A stretch of DNA of 64,000 nucleotides from an uncultured Brevinematales bacterium (lineage in GTDB: Bacteria > Spirochaetota > Brevinematia > DTOW01): positions 20,466-84,465 of the forward strand of contig CAYYXA010000047.1 in assembly GCA_964475465.1 (NCBI GenBank), read 5' to 3'. The translations under genes and the position numbers were made by a program. Shown here in pieces: positions 18,545-27,937 of the stretch. Position 1 is the first letter of the stretch, and every line of letters starts with the position of its first letter. The notes under the pieces are model-generated. The model searched no databases. It had not been told where the DNA came from and saw nothing but the letters and a program-made list of their open reading frames with translations.

Positions 18545-20659
18545 ATGGGTAGAGGAAGTAAAATTTTGGTAGTTGTATCTTTGGCGTTAGTGGTGATAGG
18601 AGCTTTTCTATTTTTGTTATGGGACAAGTTGCCTTTTATATCTTCCTCAGAGCCAATTGCTAAAGTTCAAACTTCTACGGAAAAGGTTATTCAGCTGAAG
18701 CAGCCACAAAGTATAAATGCTAAGGTGATAATGGCTTACGGTGATGTCAAGGTAGTTAATTTGGGAGAGATTTCTGATGTAGATGTTGGTTATGTTCTCA
18801 GGGATGGCGATGTGATTCAGACGGGCCCAGACTCGGAGTGTGAAGTCCAAATTTCTGATAGTGGTATTTTGAGAATAACAGAAAATTCTTCTGTTTCATT
18901 ATCCGAGATAATTTTTGCTGCAAGTAAAAAGACTGATAGAGAGGCTTTTGTTATGTCTGGATCGGTAAAAGCAGCTTTCAAAAAATTGCCAAAGGGCGAA
19001 ACTTTTAAAGTTAAAACGGAAACAGCAATTGCTGCTGTAAGGGGTACTAAGTTTTCTGTTAGCGTTGAGGAGCAAGGTAAGACTAGGTTAGTTGTTACTG
19101 AAGGCAAAGTTATTTTTGCTCCTAGGATATCAAAACTTGAGGAGGTGAAAAATGTGACAGAGGATGAAAAAGTTAGAGAGAGGATTTCGGAAATAGAATT
19201 GAGTGGTGGTATTCTTGTGGATGGTGGTAAAAGGGCAGAGATCACTCCAAAAGCAAAGTTTGAGGCTGAGAAGAGTGTTAGCAATGTGATTGTGAAGATG
19301 GAGGATGCTATTGTCAAAGGAAAAGTAGATGATGAGGTAATTTCCAAAGTTGGAAAAGCTGTTGCTTCACTAGGAAAGAAGGATTTAGTCAAAAAGAGTA
19401 GAGCTGAGACTCGTGAAATCGATGAAATTGAAAATCAAGTTTCGAAAGACTTTGTGGGGGATGCTACTGTTAGGATTACCGTTGTACCTAGTGGTAAAGA
19501 AGTTGAAGGTGCTGAGGTTTATGTTGATGGGATTTTCATGGGTAAGATTCCTTTGTCTAAGATGTTGGTTTGGGGTAAGAAGTATGAGCTTGTGGTCAGG
19601 AAAAATGAAGAAACTATCTACTCATACGAGTTTGAAGCAAGTAAGGATATGAAAATAGAAATTAAGCCTAAGAAGGAGGGTAAGGAGCTATCTTCGATGC
19701 CTTTAGCCCAAAAGAAAGAAGAGATTGAGTTTATCTCCAAAAATATTGATTTTGTACCAGCGATTTCGTATGGTAAGGTTGGATTTTACTCAGGAGATTA
19801 TATAGCTATTCCTTCTCACTCTGGTGTCGCTTTTGTTTATGGTAACAAAGTGAAAACAATACCAACTAAAGAATTTATCTCTATGGGGTTTGGAAATGAT
19901 TTGATAGCTGTTATTTCAAGGGGTGAGGATGAAAAGAGATTTGTTAGAGTGTTTTCATTTGATGGTAATTTAGTTGCTGAATTTGATATAAGTGAGGTGT
20001 CTAAGGGATTACTTTCGGTAGGTGGAATTGCTGTTGTTTCGAAGAAAGTTATAGTTCCTATCCTGGATGGTGTGGGTATTATTGATATACCTTCTGGGAA
20101 TATAAGAGTTGTTAATCTGGGTAATACTTTCTCAGATATTGGTTCGCTAGGTGATTCTGCTGTAGTTGTTAATGAGATAGGAGAAGTTTACAAAGTTGGT
20201 TTGGATGGTTCTGCCTCTAAGATAGGGCAACTTAGTTCAACTTCTGTTAGAAGAGGCGTTGTTTTGACTCATTCGGACGGAAGTATATATGTTTTGCATA
20301 AAGGTAGGTTGTACAGTTTTGGTTCTAAAAACTATGTTAGCAATTTGGGAGTTTCTGATGCTTTTGGAGCTATATATGGTAACGAGATTGTTCTAAATGC
20401 TGGTACTAAGGTAATAGTTGTTGACAGAGATTCTGGTAAAGTTCTTGTTTCGGTAGACACTGTTGGTAAAGTTAACGGAGTACCTTATCTGAAAGACAAT
20501 TATCTAGTTATTACTGCCTCTGATGGTCTTCATATTTACAATCTATCTACTGGTAAGGAAGAAAAGTCGTACGATATAGTTGGCTATGCGTCACTGATCA
20601 AAAATGGTAACGTGTACGTAATAGGAAAGTCAAAGATGTTCATAATACCGATGAAGTAA
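18545..20659 (+). CDS. Membrane-anchored FecR-domain protein with a predicted PEGA-like domain and a C-terminal beta-rich (propeller-like) region.
   Basis: A GGAGGTG RBS precedes the ATG at 18545. There is an N-terminal TM helix, a FecR signature (VLRDGDVIQTG...AAVRGTKFSV) and a PEGA-like segment (ITVVPSGKEVEGAEVYVDGIFMGKIP). Confidence 0.65.
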   Translation: MGRGSKILVVVSLALVVIGAFLFLLWDKLPFISSSEPIAKVQTSTEKVIQLKQPQSINAKVIMAYGDVKVVNLGEISDVDVGYVLRDGDVIQTGPDSECEVQISDSGILRITENSSVSLSEIIFAASKKTDREAFVMSGSVKAAFKKLPKGETFKVKTETAIAAVRGTKFSVSVEEQGKTRLVVTEGKVIFAPRISKLEEVKNVTEDEKVRERISEIELSGGILVDGGKRAEITPKAKFEAEKSVSNVIVKMEDAIVKGKVDDEVISKVGKAVASLGKKDLVKKSRAETREIDEIENQVSKDFVGDATVRITVVPSGKEVEGAEVYVDGIFMGKIPLSKMLVWGKKYELVVRKNEETIYSYEFEASKDMKIEIKPKKEGKELSSMPLAQKKEEIEFISKNIDFVPAISYGKVGFYSGDYIAIPSHSGVAFVYGNKVKTIPTKEFISMGFGNDLIAVISRGEDEKRFVRVFSFDGNLVAEFDISEVSKGLLSVGGIAVVSKKVIVPILDGVGIIDIPSGNIRVVNLGNTFSDIGSLGDSAVVVNEIGEVYKVGLDGSASKIGQLSSTSVRRGVVLTHSDGSIYVLHKGRLYSFGSKNYVSNLGVSDAFGAIYGNEIVLNAGTKVIVVDRDSGKVLVSVDTVGKVNGVPYLKDNYLVITASDGLHIYNLSTGKEEKSYDIVGYASLIKNGNVYVIGKSKMFIIPMK

Positions 20660-20669
20660 AAAATAATTT

Positions 20670-20701
20670 AGGGGATAGGTGAACCTATCCCCTGTTTTTT
20701 A
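20670..20701. terminator. Rho-independent terminator (AGGGGATAGG-tgaa-CCTATCCCCT followed by TTTTTT). It is bidirectional and is shared by the FecR gene and queD.
   Basis: It is a 10-bp perfect stem followed by a T-run on the plus strand, with an A-run upstream that supplies a T-run on the minus strand. Confidence 0.7.
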
Positions 20702-21046
20702 TTAACCGAAGTACTCAACTTTGTTTGTAGGTGTTTCCCAAACTGTTACTTTATGAGGTTTTAATCCTTTCTTTGAGAGTTCATCGAAGATGTACTTAGC
20801 TAAGTTTTCGGCTGTTGGTTGTTTAATTATATCATTTAAATGAGTATGGTCAAAATTAAAAGATTCGAGGTGCTTTTTGAGTTCACCGAAATCTACACCT
20901 ATTCCTATTTCGTTTAATTCGTTTACTTCTACCGTAAGCTCTATTTTCCACCTGTGGCCGTGTAATCTCGCACAAGGCCCATTGTAACCTTCTACTACGT
21001 GTGATGCATCTATTTCTATGCTTTTTGATATTAACCACTTAGGCAT
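20702..21046 (-). CDS. queD: 6-carboxy-5,6,7,8-tetrahydropterin synthase QueD (PTPS family).
   Basis: The CxxxHGH motif is present (CARLHGHRW). It is about 114 aa, with the start at MPKWL. The ORF track N-extension overlaps kbl. Confidence 0.8.
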   Translation of the reverse strand: MPKWLISKSIEIDASHVVEGYNGPCARLHGHRWKIELTVEVNELNEIGIGVDFGELKKHLESFNFDHTHLNDIIKQPTAENLAKYIFDELSKKGLKPHKVTVWETPTNKVEYFG

Positions 21047-22266
21047 TATTTTATTATTCCTAGTGCTTTTCCGTGCTTTTCGAATATTGCTAAAGCCCAA
21101 TCTAGCTGTTCATCAGTGTGTGTTGCCATGTAGCTAGTTCTTATTATCGTTTCTGAAGGTGGCACTGCTGGCGGTAGTACAGGGTTTACGAATATACCAT
21201 CATCACTTAGTGCTTTCCAGAACATTAGAGTTTTTTCGAAATCGTTTATTTTGAGGGGGATTATAGGTGTACAAGATGAGCCTATGTCAAATCCCATACT
21301 TTTGAAAGCATTTGCCATTTTGTGTGTTATTTGCCATAGCCTTTCTATTCTTTGAGGTTCTTCGTAGATGATGTCTATTATTTTACTTACTACTGCAGCT
21401 GTTGCTGGTGTTGGACTTGCACTGAATATTAGAGCTCTTGCCTTATGCTTTAGATAGTTTATTAACCTTTCACTACCTGCTACAAAACCACCTATTGAAG
21501 CAAATGTTTTACTGAAAGTTGACATTATTATGTCTACTTCATGGTCTAAACCGAAGTGATGTGCTGTTCCTTGTCCGTACTTACCACCCATTACGCCTAT
21601 GCCATGAGCGTCGTCAACCATTACCCAGGCATTGTATTCTTTGGCTACTTTCACTATGTTTGGTAAGTCGGCTACATCACCTTCCATGCTGAATACCCCA
21701 TCTACTACTATAAGCCTTGCTTTCTCCTCAACTTTCTCCATTACTTTTCTCAGGTGGTCTATATCATTGTGCCTGAATCTATACATTTTTGCACCTGATA
21801 GTCTACAAGCGTCTATTATGCTAGCATGATCAAGTTTGTCCGTTATTACTGCGTCACCTGGACCTAGTAGCCCTGCTATGGCTACAAGGTTAGCCATATA
21901 ACCAGTACTTGCTAAAAGTGCTGCTTCTTTGTTTACAAACTTAGCTAGTTTAGCTTCTAGCTCTTCATGAATTTTCAAAGTTCCGTTCAGGAATCTCGAA
22001 CCTGCGTTTCCTGTTCCGTAGAATTTCGTTGCTTCAATAGCAGCTTGTTTCACTCTTTCGTCTGTTGTTAAACCTAAGTACGAATTTGATCCTAGCATTA
22101 GGTACTTTTTGCCGTTTATGTAAACCTCGGTGTCTTGAGCTGATTCTATAGGTCTAAAGTAAGGATAAAGGCCTTTTGCCTTTGCTTCGTCTGCATCTTT
22201 AAACTCAGTTATCCTTCTGTAAAGAACTTCATTTTTTAGATGGGTTTCTAGATCTTTACTAGCCAT
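21046..22266 (-). CDS. Alpha-oxoamine synthase family PLP enzyme (glycine C-acetyltransferase Kbl-like, or 8-amino-7-oxononanoate synthase).
   Basis: The PLP-lysine region (SFSKTFASIGGFVAGS) and family motifs are present. The start is at the ATG 6 nt after the GGAG RBS (MASKDLE). Confidence 0.8.
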   Translation of the reverse strand: MASKDLETHLKNEVLYRRITEFKDADEAKAKGLYPYFRPIESAQDTEVYINGKKYLMLGSNSYLGLTTDERVKQAAIEATKFYGTGNAGSRFLNGTLKIHEELEAKLAKFVNKEAALLASTGYMANLVAIAGLLGPGDAVITDKLDHASIIDACRLSGAKMYRFRHNDIDHLRKVMEKVEEKARLIVVDGVFSMEGDVADLPNIVKVAKEYNAWVMVDDAHGIGVMGGKYGQGTAHHFGLDHEVDIIMSTFSKTFASIGGFVAGSERLINYLKHKARALIFSASPTPATAAVVSKIIDIIYEEPQRIERLWQITHKMANAFKSMGFDIGSSCTPIIPLKINDFEKTLMFWKALSDDGIFVNPVLPPAVPPSETIIRTSYMATHTDEQLDWALAIFEKHGKALGIIK

Positions 22267-22461
22267 ATTCATCTCCTAAAATAAATTTTTTCATAATTTT
22301 GAAAGATTAAAAGTCGATTTTCAAATAGAGATGGGAAGCTTAAGAATTCAGAGATATAATTTGGTTAATAAGTGCTTAAAGTATCTGTGTTGGTTAGCAA
22401 CTTTTACCAAATAGATAGTGAAGTGGAGGTGCGAAAGTTGATTTATTCTTAGATGAGAACA

Positions 22462-22505
22462 AAAGGATCATGCCTGCTAGTTTACCTGAATCAGATCCTT
22501 TTTAA
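22462..22505 (-). terminator. Possible terminator hairpin after ksgA (AAAGGATC...GATCCTTT with a large loop, T-rich flank).
   Basis: It is an 8-bp inverted repeat with a 24-nt loop and is therefore weak. Confidence 0.3.
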
Positions 22506-22527
22506 TTTTTCAGTGGGGTGATCAAAC

Positions 22528-23406
22528 TTATTCGCTTGGAAGTTTTTTTATTTCTCTTGCCAGTAGTAGGATTTTTTTTGGTGGTAGCTTTTCAATTCTT
22601 TCATCTGGTGGTATTCCTAAAGTTTTTAGAATTTCTTCTATTTTGTTGCTTTCCAATTTTTTGAAGTATAGCTTTATTGATTTGATAATTGTTTTTCGTC
22701 TCATTGAGAAAAGAGATTTTATTATTTCTCTTTCATCTTCTGATGTAGGTGTTTCTGATTTTTCAATGTAGATAAAAACGGAATCAACTGATGGGATAGG
22801 GAAGAAGTGATTTTTTGGTATTTCTAGGAGTTTCTGAATTTTTATTGTGTCCAGCTGGTATATTACAGATAGGTAAGAATAATTTTCGGCACCAGTTCTT
22901 GCCGTAAGCCTTTCGAAGAATTCCTTTTGTACCATAACGAAAATTTTGTTTAGGTATTTTATTTCGTATATTACCCTTTTTAAGATTTCTCCACCTACGC
23001 TGTAAGGTAAGTTCGATACGAATATCGTTTCTTCCCCTGAGTCTGCGTTTAGGAATCTGTCAATTTCGTTTAAATCGGCTTTTAGAAAATCTTTGTGAAT
23101 TGGTATTGCATTAGTTATTTTGTGCTCTTCTAACACTTTTACTAAACAGGAGAATATTCCTTTGTCTATTTCAAAGGTTATCACTTTGTTAAAATTTCTA
23201 CAAAGTTGTAGCGTTAAGCTGCCTATGCCGCTTCCCACCTCAATAACATTTGTTTTTTCCGGATTTTTGGTATGAAGTTTTATAGAGTTTGCTATTTCTA
23301 TAGCTATTTTTTCGTCACAAAGATAATTTTGCCCTCTTGACTTTGATAGAAATAAGTTGTTTCTCCTAAGTATTTCTTTTATTCCCTCAGGTGAATAGAT
23401 ATTCAT
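22528..23406 (-). CDS. rsmA: 16S rRNA (adenine1518/1519-N6)-dimethyltransferase.
   Basis: It has the KsgA/Dim1 family signature (GQNYLCDEKI, VIEVGSGIGSLT, FVSNLPYS). Confidence 0.85.
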   Translation of the reverse strand: MNIYSPEGIKEILRRNNLFLSKSRGQNYLCDEKIAIEIANSIKLHTKNPEKTNVIEVGSGIGSLTLQLCRNFNKVITFEIDKGIFSCLVKVLEEHKITNAIPIHKDFLKADLNEIDRFLNADSGEETIFVSNLPYSVGGEILKRVIYEIKYLNKIFVMVQKEFFERLTARTGAENYSYLSVIYQLDTIKIQKLLEIPKNHFFPIPSVDSVFIYIEKSETPTSEDEREIIKSLFSMRRKTIIKSIKLYFKKLESNKIEEILKTLGIPPDERIEKLPPKKILLLAREIKKLPSE

Positions 23407-23407
23407 T

Positions 23408-23435
23408 TAAGAACACCGCTTTAGTAGCCGATAAT
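23408..23435 (+). promoter_or_regulatory. Candidate sigma-28-type promoter (TAAg-N15-GCCGATAA) on the plus strand, pointing into the ksgA/yggS intergenic region.
   Basis: There is an exact GCCGATAA at 23428-23435, with TAAG 15 nt upstream. Confidence 0.2.
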
Positions 23436-23481
23436 CCATGATAGTTGAGGTTTTGGGTAAATTCCCCTCCCATTCCTCAAG

Positions 23482-23526
23482 CCCCGGGCGTCATCCTATT
23501 CCAACGCTCGGGGATAATTATTTTTT
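23482..23526 (+). terminator. GC-rich hairpin (CCCCGGGCG...CGCTCGGGG, 9 bp with one G.U pair) followed by a T-run. It is oriented for plus-strand transcripts.
   Basis: Read directly. It is an unusually GC-rich segment in an AT-rich intergenic region. Confidence 0.3.
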
Positions 23527-24196
23527 ATGAGAAGATCAAACTCCCTATTCTTATCATGTTGCTTCCTTCCTTTATTGCTATTTCGTAATCATTTGACATC
23601 CCCATCGATAGATATGTTAAATCTACTTTGTACGTAGATTCTATTTTTTCTTTAATTTTTCTAAGAGTAGAGAAACACTTTGATAGTGTGCTTATGTTGC
23701 TTGTGTATGGTGCTAGAGTCATTAGTCCGCTTATTTTTATTTTGTTCTCGAGTAGTTTACCAAAAAAATCGATAGCTGCTTCTGGAAGTACACCATGTTT
23801 TGTTGCTTCATTGCTAACTTTAATTTCGAGGAACATTTCACCTTGATAGTTCCTTTTAAGGAGCCCTAGGGGGATATCAAGGTTTTCGATTGATTGAACA
23901 AAATCAAACATTTTCGATACTTTTGATAGTTTGTTGCTTTGAACGGGGCCTAGCATGTGCTTTTTTATGTTTTCTAACAAACCTTCTTGAGCAAGTATAG
24001 AGAATTTCTTTTCTGCTTCTTGTACTCTGTTTTCACCTATGTGTTCTATCTTTTCGTTTTTCAGTAAAGTTATTACATCTTCAACTTTGGCATATTTTGT
24101 TACTACTACGATTTCAATTTTGTAGTTTATGTTGTTCTGAGCCCTTATTCTTTCAACATTTTCCAAGAGAGATTTGTATTTTTCACAAGGATTCAT
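23525..24196 (-). CDS. yggS: YggS-family pyridoxal-phosphate homeostasis protein (alanine racemase N-domain fold).
   Basis: It has the typical YggS N-terminus and the PLP-lysine region (IEIVVVTKY...IGENRVQE). Confidence 0.85.
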   Translation of the reverse strand: MNPCEKYKSLLENVERIRAQNNINYKIEIVVVTKYAKVEDVITLLKNEKIEHIGENRVQEAEKKFSILAQEGLLENIKKHMLGPVQSNKLSKVSKMFDFVQSIENLDIPLGLLKRNYQGEMFLEIKVSNEATKHGVLPEAAIDFFGKLLENKIKISGLMTLAPYTSNISTLSKCFSTLRKIKEKIESTYKVDLTYLSMGMSNDYEIAIKEGSNMIRIGSLIFS

Positions 24197-24462
24197 ATAG
24201 TTATTTTACATATTTTTTCAAGCTTCTATAAAGTTAATTTTCCCTTGTTCCCATTTAGCGAATTGCTATAGTGGTAGCTTATTTTTAAATTTTGAGGGCA
24301 TTTTACATTCTTAGCTTCTAGGGATGGGTATGCTTTTACAAAGAATATTATGAAGCACAGATTTAAAAGGTATAACTTTTTGGTATAGGTGTGTAAGTGA
24401 AGTTGATAAAAATACGTATGCCTATCTTTTATTGAGATGTTCCGAAAGTTGAGTTTAAAATT

Positions 24463-25326
24463 TTGGTCATGAGAGTAATTTTTAGTTCTTTTGAAATGCA
24501 AAAAGAGGTGATGAGTTTGAAGAGGCAGGGTAAAAGTATAGGCTTTGTTCCGACTATGGGAGCGTTACATGAGGGGCATCTCTCTCTTGTTAGGCAAGCG
24601 AGAAAGGAGAATGATGTGGTTGTTGTGAGTATATTTGTGAATCCTACTCAATTTGGTCCTAATGAAGATTTTGAGAGGTATCCAAGGCAGTTTGATAAAG
24701 ATAAGGAGCTACTTGAAAAGGAGAATGTTGAATATGTTTTCTATCCTTCGGTTTCTGATATGTATCCCGAAGGGTATGAAACATATGTTTATTTAGAAAA
24801 ACTTCATAAACACTTGTGTGGTTTATCTAGGCCAGGGCACTTTAGGGGAGTAGCTACCGTTGTGGCAAAATTGTTTAATATTGTTCAACCTGATAAGGCA
24901 TACTTTGGACAGAAAGATTATCAGCAGGCGCTGATAATAAAGAAGATGGTGAGAGACTTGAATTTTCCTGTAGAGATAGTAGTGATGCCTATTGTGAGGG
25001 AATCTGATGGGTTAGCTATGAGTTCGAGAAATATGTATCTATCACCTGAAGAAAGGAAAAATGCTACTGTTCTCTACAGATCTCTACAAAAGGCTAAAGA
25101 GTTAATAAAGGCTGGGGAGAGGGATGTCAGAAAAATAAAGAAGGAGATGGAAAAAATAATTTCTTCTGTACCTTCAAGGATAGACTATGTGGAAATTGTT
25201 CATCCTGAGACACTTGAGAGTTTGGAAGTAATACCTGAAAAAGGTAGTATTGATAGAGTTGTTGTTGCTGTTGCTGTTTTTATTGGGAGTGCAAGGTTGA
25301 TAGATAATGAGATAGTTGAGTTATGA
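24463..25326 (+). CDS. panC: Pantoate--beta-alanine ligase.
   Basis: The HIGH-like motif is present ([16 protein letters not shown]), together with [11 protein letters not shown]. Confidence 0.9.
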   Translation: MVMRVIFSSFEMQKEVMSLKRQGKSIGFVPTMGALHEGHLSLVRQARKENDVVVVSIFVNPTQFGPNEDFERYPRQFDKDKELLEKENVEYVFYPSVSDMYPEGYETYVYLEKLHKHLCGLSRPGHFRGVATVVAKLFNIVQPDKAYFGQKDYQQALIIKKMVRDLNFPVEIVVMPIVRESDGLAMSSRNMYLSPEERKNATVLYRSLQKAKELIKAGERDVRKIKKEMEKIISSVPSRIDYVEIVHPETLESLEVIPEKGSIDRVVVAVAVFIGSARLIDNEIVEL

Positions 25327-25916
25327 GGATAGGACTGTTTGGAGGTTCTTTTGATCCCATACACATCGGGCATCTTATAATTGCTAATTTTTCGTTAGAA
25401 GAGTTTGACTTAGATAAGGTTTTTTTCATTCCTGCTAATGCCTCTCCTTTTAAGACGGAGTATTTATTCTCACCAAAGTGTAGACTTGATATGGTAAGGC
25501 TTGCGGTTGAGGATAATGAGAAATTTGAAGTGTCAGATTTTGAGATATCGAAAGGAGGAACATCTTACACAGTAACAACTGTTGAACACTTTGAAAAATT
25601 GTTTCCTAATTCCAGAATTTTTCTAATATTAGGGCAAGATTCTGCTCAGTCTTTGCATCTTTGGAAGGATAACAAGAGGATATTAGAGAAGGTTGATGTG
25701 ATAGTCTATCCTAGGAGCATGAGTGGGAAGTTTGAGAGGTTTGAGATTCCGGAACCTCTTGAGGTTTATAGGGATAAATTTTTCATTCTGGATACACCTT
25801 ATATTGACATAAGTTCTACTTTGATAAGGGAAAGGTTAAAATCTGGAAAGTCAATAAGGTACCTTGTCCCTGAAGAAGTTTTTGATTACATAAGTAAGCA
25901 TTTTGCTAACATTTGA
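25323..25916 (+). CDS. nadD: Nicotinate-nucleotide adenylyltransferase.
   Basis: The motif [12 protein letters not shown] is present. The gene overlaps the panC stop. Confidence 0.85.
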   Translation: MRIGLFGGSFDPIHIGHLIIANFSLEEFDLDKVFFIPANASPFKTEYLFSPKCRLDMVRLAVEDNEKFEVSDFEISKGGTSYTVTTVEHFEKLFPNSRIFLILGQDSAQSLHLWKDNKRILEKVDVIVYPRSMSGKFERFEIPEPLEVYRDKFFILDTPYIDISSTLIRERLKSGKSIRYLVPEEVFDYISKHFANI

Positions 25917-26145
25917 GATAAGGGGTATTAGCTCTTGAGATGCTAAAACTTTCTTTACTTTTTGGGGTTTGTTTTAAAAAATCTTATTAGGGGTTATAAG
26001 CCCATTACTTGTATTTTTTGAGGGGTTTTAGGATGTTACCGCTTCTTTTGGAAGCTTATGAGTCAACAACATAAGATTTTAATTTTTCAACTAACTTTAC
26101 TTTAGTATATAATTTTAGTATTATTTTGTATTACCTGGGGGCAAG

Positions 26146-26988
26146 ATGATAGAGCAGAAGTTGAGTATTAAGGAGCTAAAGAAACTGGCTACTGAAATCC
26201 GGAAAAAGATACTTCTAATGACTCACAAAGCGAATAGTGGCCATCCTGGTGGATCAATGTCATTGGTTGAGATACTCTTGGCATTGTATTTCTATAAGCT
26301 TAGGTATGATCCAAGGGATCCCAAGTGGGAGTTTAGAGATAGGGTGATAATTTCGAAAGGGCATGCTACTCCGGCAGTTTATGCTGTACTTGCAAAAGCT
26401 GGTTTTTTCCCAGAAGAGGAGTTAGAAGGATTTAGGCAATTTGGTTCTAAGCTTCAGGGACATGTTTATTTTGAAGTTCCGGGAATAGAGTTCAATACAG
26501 GTTCGCTAGGGCAAGGTCTTTCTGCAGGTATAGGGATGGCTTTGGCTTCTAGGTACAAAGGTATAGATTTTAATGTTTATGTTATACTCGGAGATGGTGA
26601 AATACAGGAAGGGAGTATTTGGGAATCGGCAATGTTTGCATCTCATCACAAAATAGACAACCTCTGTGCAATATTGGATTACAACAAAGTTCAAGAAAAT
26701 GGATTTGTTAATGAAATACTCAAGGTAGAGCCTCTTAAGGACAGGTGGGAAGCATTTGGGTGGAATTGTATAGAAGTAGATGGACATGATTTTAATCAAT
26801 TGTTTGAGGCTTTGGATGCTTTTACTTCTAACAAAGGAAACGGTAAGCCTACAATAGTAGTTGCACATACTGTTAAAGGTAAAGGTGTTTCTTTCATGGA
26901 GTATAACCCTGCTTTCCATGGAAGAGCGCCAAACAAGGAAGAGCTTGAAAGAGCTTTAGATGAGCTAGGTGGAGGAAGCAATGTCTAG
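26146..26988 (+). CDS. Transketolase N-terminal (TPP-binding) subunit.
   Basis: It has the transketolase TPP motif (GHPGGSMS...GDGEIQEGSIWES) and a GGGGG RBS. Confidence 0.9.
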   Translation: MIEQKLSIKELKKLATEIRKKILLMTHKANSGHPGGSMSLVEILLALYFYKLRYDPRDPKWEFRDRVIISKGHATPAVYAVLAKAGFFPEEELEGFRQFGSKLQGHVYFEVPGIEFNTGSLGQGLSAGIGMALASRYKGIDFNVYVILGDGEIQEGSIWESAMFASHHKIDNLCAILDYNKVQENGFVNEILKVEPLKDRWEAFGWNCIEVDGHDFNQLFEALDAFTSNKGNGKPTIVVAHTVKGKGVSFMEYNPAFHGRAPNKEELERALDELGGGSNV

Positions 26989-27937
26989 CGAACTAAAACC
27001 TAGACCAACGAGAGATGGTTTTGGTGAAGAATTAGTTCAGTTGGGGTATGAGAACCCAAAGATTATTGTTTTGTCGGCTGATTTGGAAGATTCAACGAGA
27101 GCAGAGTATTTTAAGCACAAGTTTCCGGATAGGTTTTTCAATGTTGGTATAGCCGAGCAGAACATGGTTGGTATTGCTGCGGGCCTTGCTAGAGAAGGTT
27201 TTATAGCTTTTGCAGCTTCATTTGCTGTGTTTCTAACAAATAGAGCGTATGATTTTATAAGAATATCTGTTTGTTATAACAATGCTAATGTGAAACTTTG
27301 TGGTTCGCACGTTGGCGTTACTGTTGGTGAAGATGGTGCAACTGCACAAAGCCTGGAGGATGTTTCAATCATGGCTGTTTTGCCAAATATGAGAATAGTT
27401 TGTCCTGTTGATTACATAGAAGCCAGAAAGGCGACGAGAGCGATAGCTGAAGAGTACGGGCCATTTTATATGAGGTTGAGTAGGGCGCCGTATCCTATCA
27501 TAACGTCACCTGACGATGAGTTTAAAATTGGTAAAGCGAGTGTACTAGAGAATGGTGAAGATTTGACTATAATATCGTACGGTATAACAGTTTCTGAGTC
27601 ATTGAAGGCTGCGGAAGAGCTGAGGAAGGATGGTATTCACGCTAGAGTGGTTAACATGAGCACATTAAAGCCTTTTGATAAAGAAGTGGTGATAAAGGCT
27701 GCAGAAGAAACAGGTGCTATTTTGGTTGTTGAGGAACACCAAAAAATAAATGGGCTAGGTAGCATGATTGCTATGTTTTTGGCAACTAGTTATAACAGAT
27801 TTGTTCCTATAGAGGTCATAGGAATGAATGATGAATTTGGGCAGACAGGAAAGCCTTATGAGCTACTTGAGTTTTACGGGTTGGATTACAAAAACATATT
27901 CAGGGTTGCTAAAGAGTTGATCAAAAGAAAGAAATGA
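26981..27937 (+). CDS. Transketolase C-terminal (pyrimidine-binding) subunit.
   Basis: A GGAGG RBS precedes the start. There is an 8-nt overlap with the N-subunit. It has the transketolase Pyr and C-terminal domains. Confidence 0.9.
   Translation: MSSELKPRPTRDGFGEELVQLGYENPKIIVLSADLEDSTRAEYFKHKFPDRFFNVGIAEQNMVGIAAGLAREGFIAFAASFAVFLTNRAYDFIRISVCYNNANVKLCGSHVGVTVGEDGATAQSLEDVSIMAVLPNMRIVCPVDYIEARKATRAIAEEYGPFYMRLSRAPYPIITSPDDEFKIGKASVLENGEDLTIISYGITVSESLKAAEELRKDGIHARVVNMSTLKPFDKEVVIKAAEETGAILVVEEHQKINGLGSMIAMFLATSYNRFVPIEVIGMNDEFGQTGKPYELLEFYGLDYKNIFRVAKELIKRKK

Noticed and set aside
18817-19392. A 191-aa ORF on the minus strand.
   Set aside because: It lies entirely antisense within the FecR-domain gene, has a Ser/Thr/Leu-rich low-complexity translation and has no RBS. 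It is a shadow ORF.
22462-22505. Strong intrinsic terminator after ksgA.
   Set aside because: The inverted repeat has a 24-nt loop, so it is kept only as a low-confidence feature.
24226-24501. A 91-aa minus-strand ORF between yggS and panC.
   Set aside because: It overlaps the panC start and the divergent promoter region. It is AT-rich and low-complexity and has no RBS.
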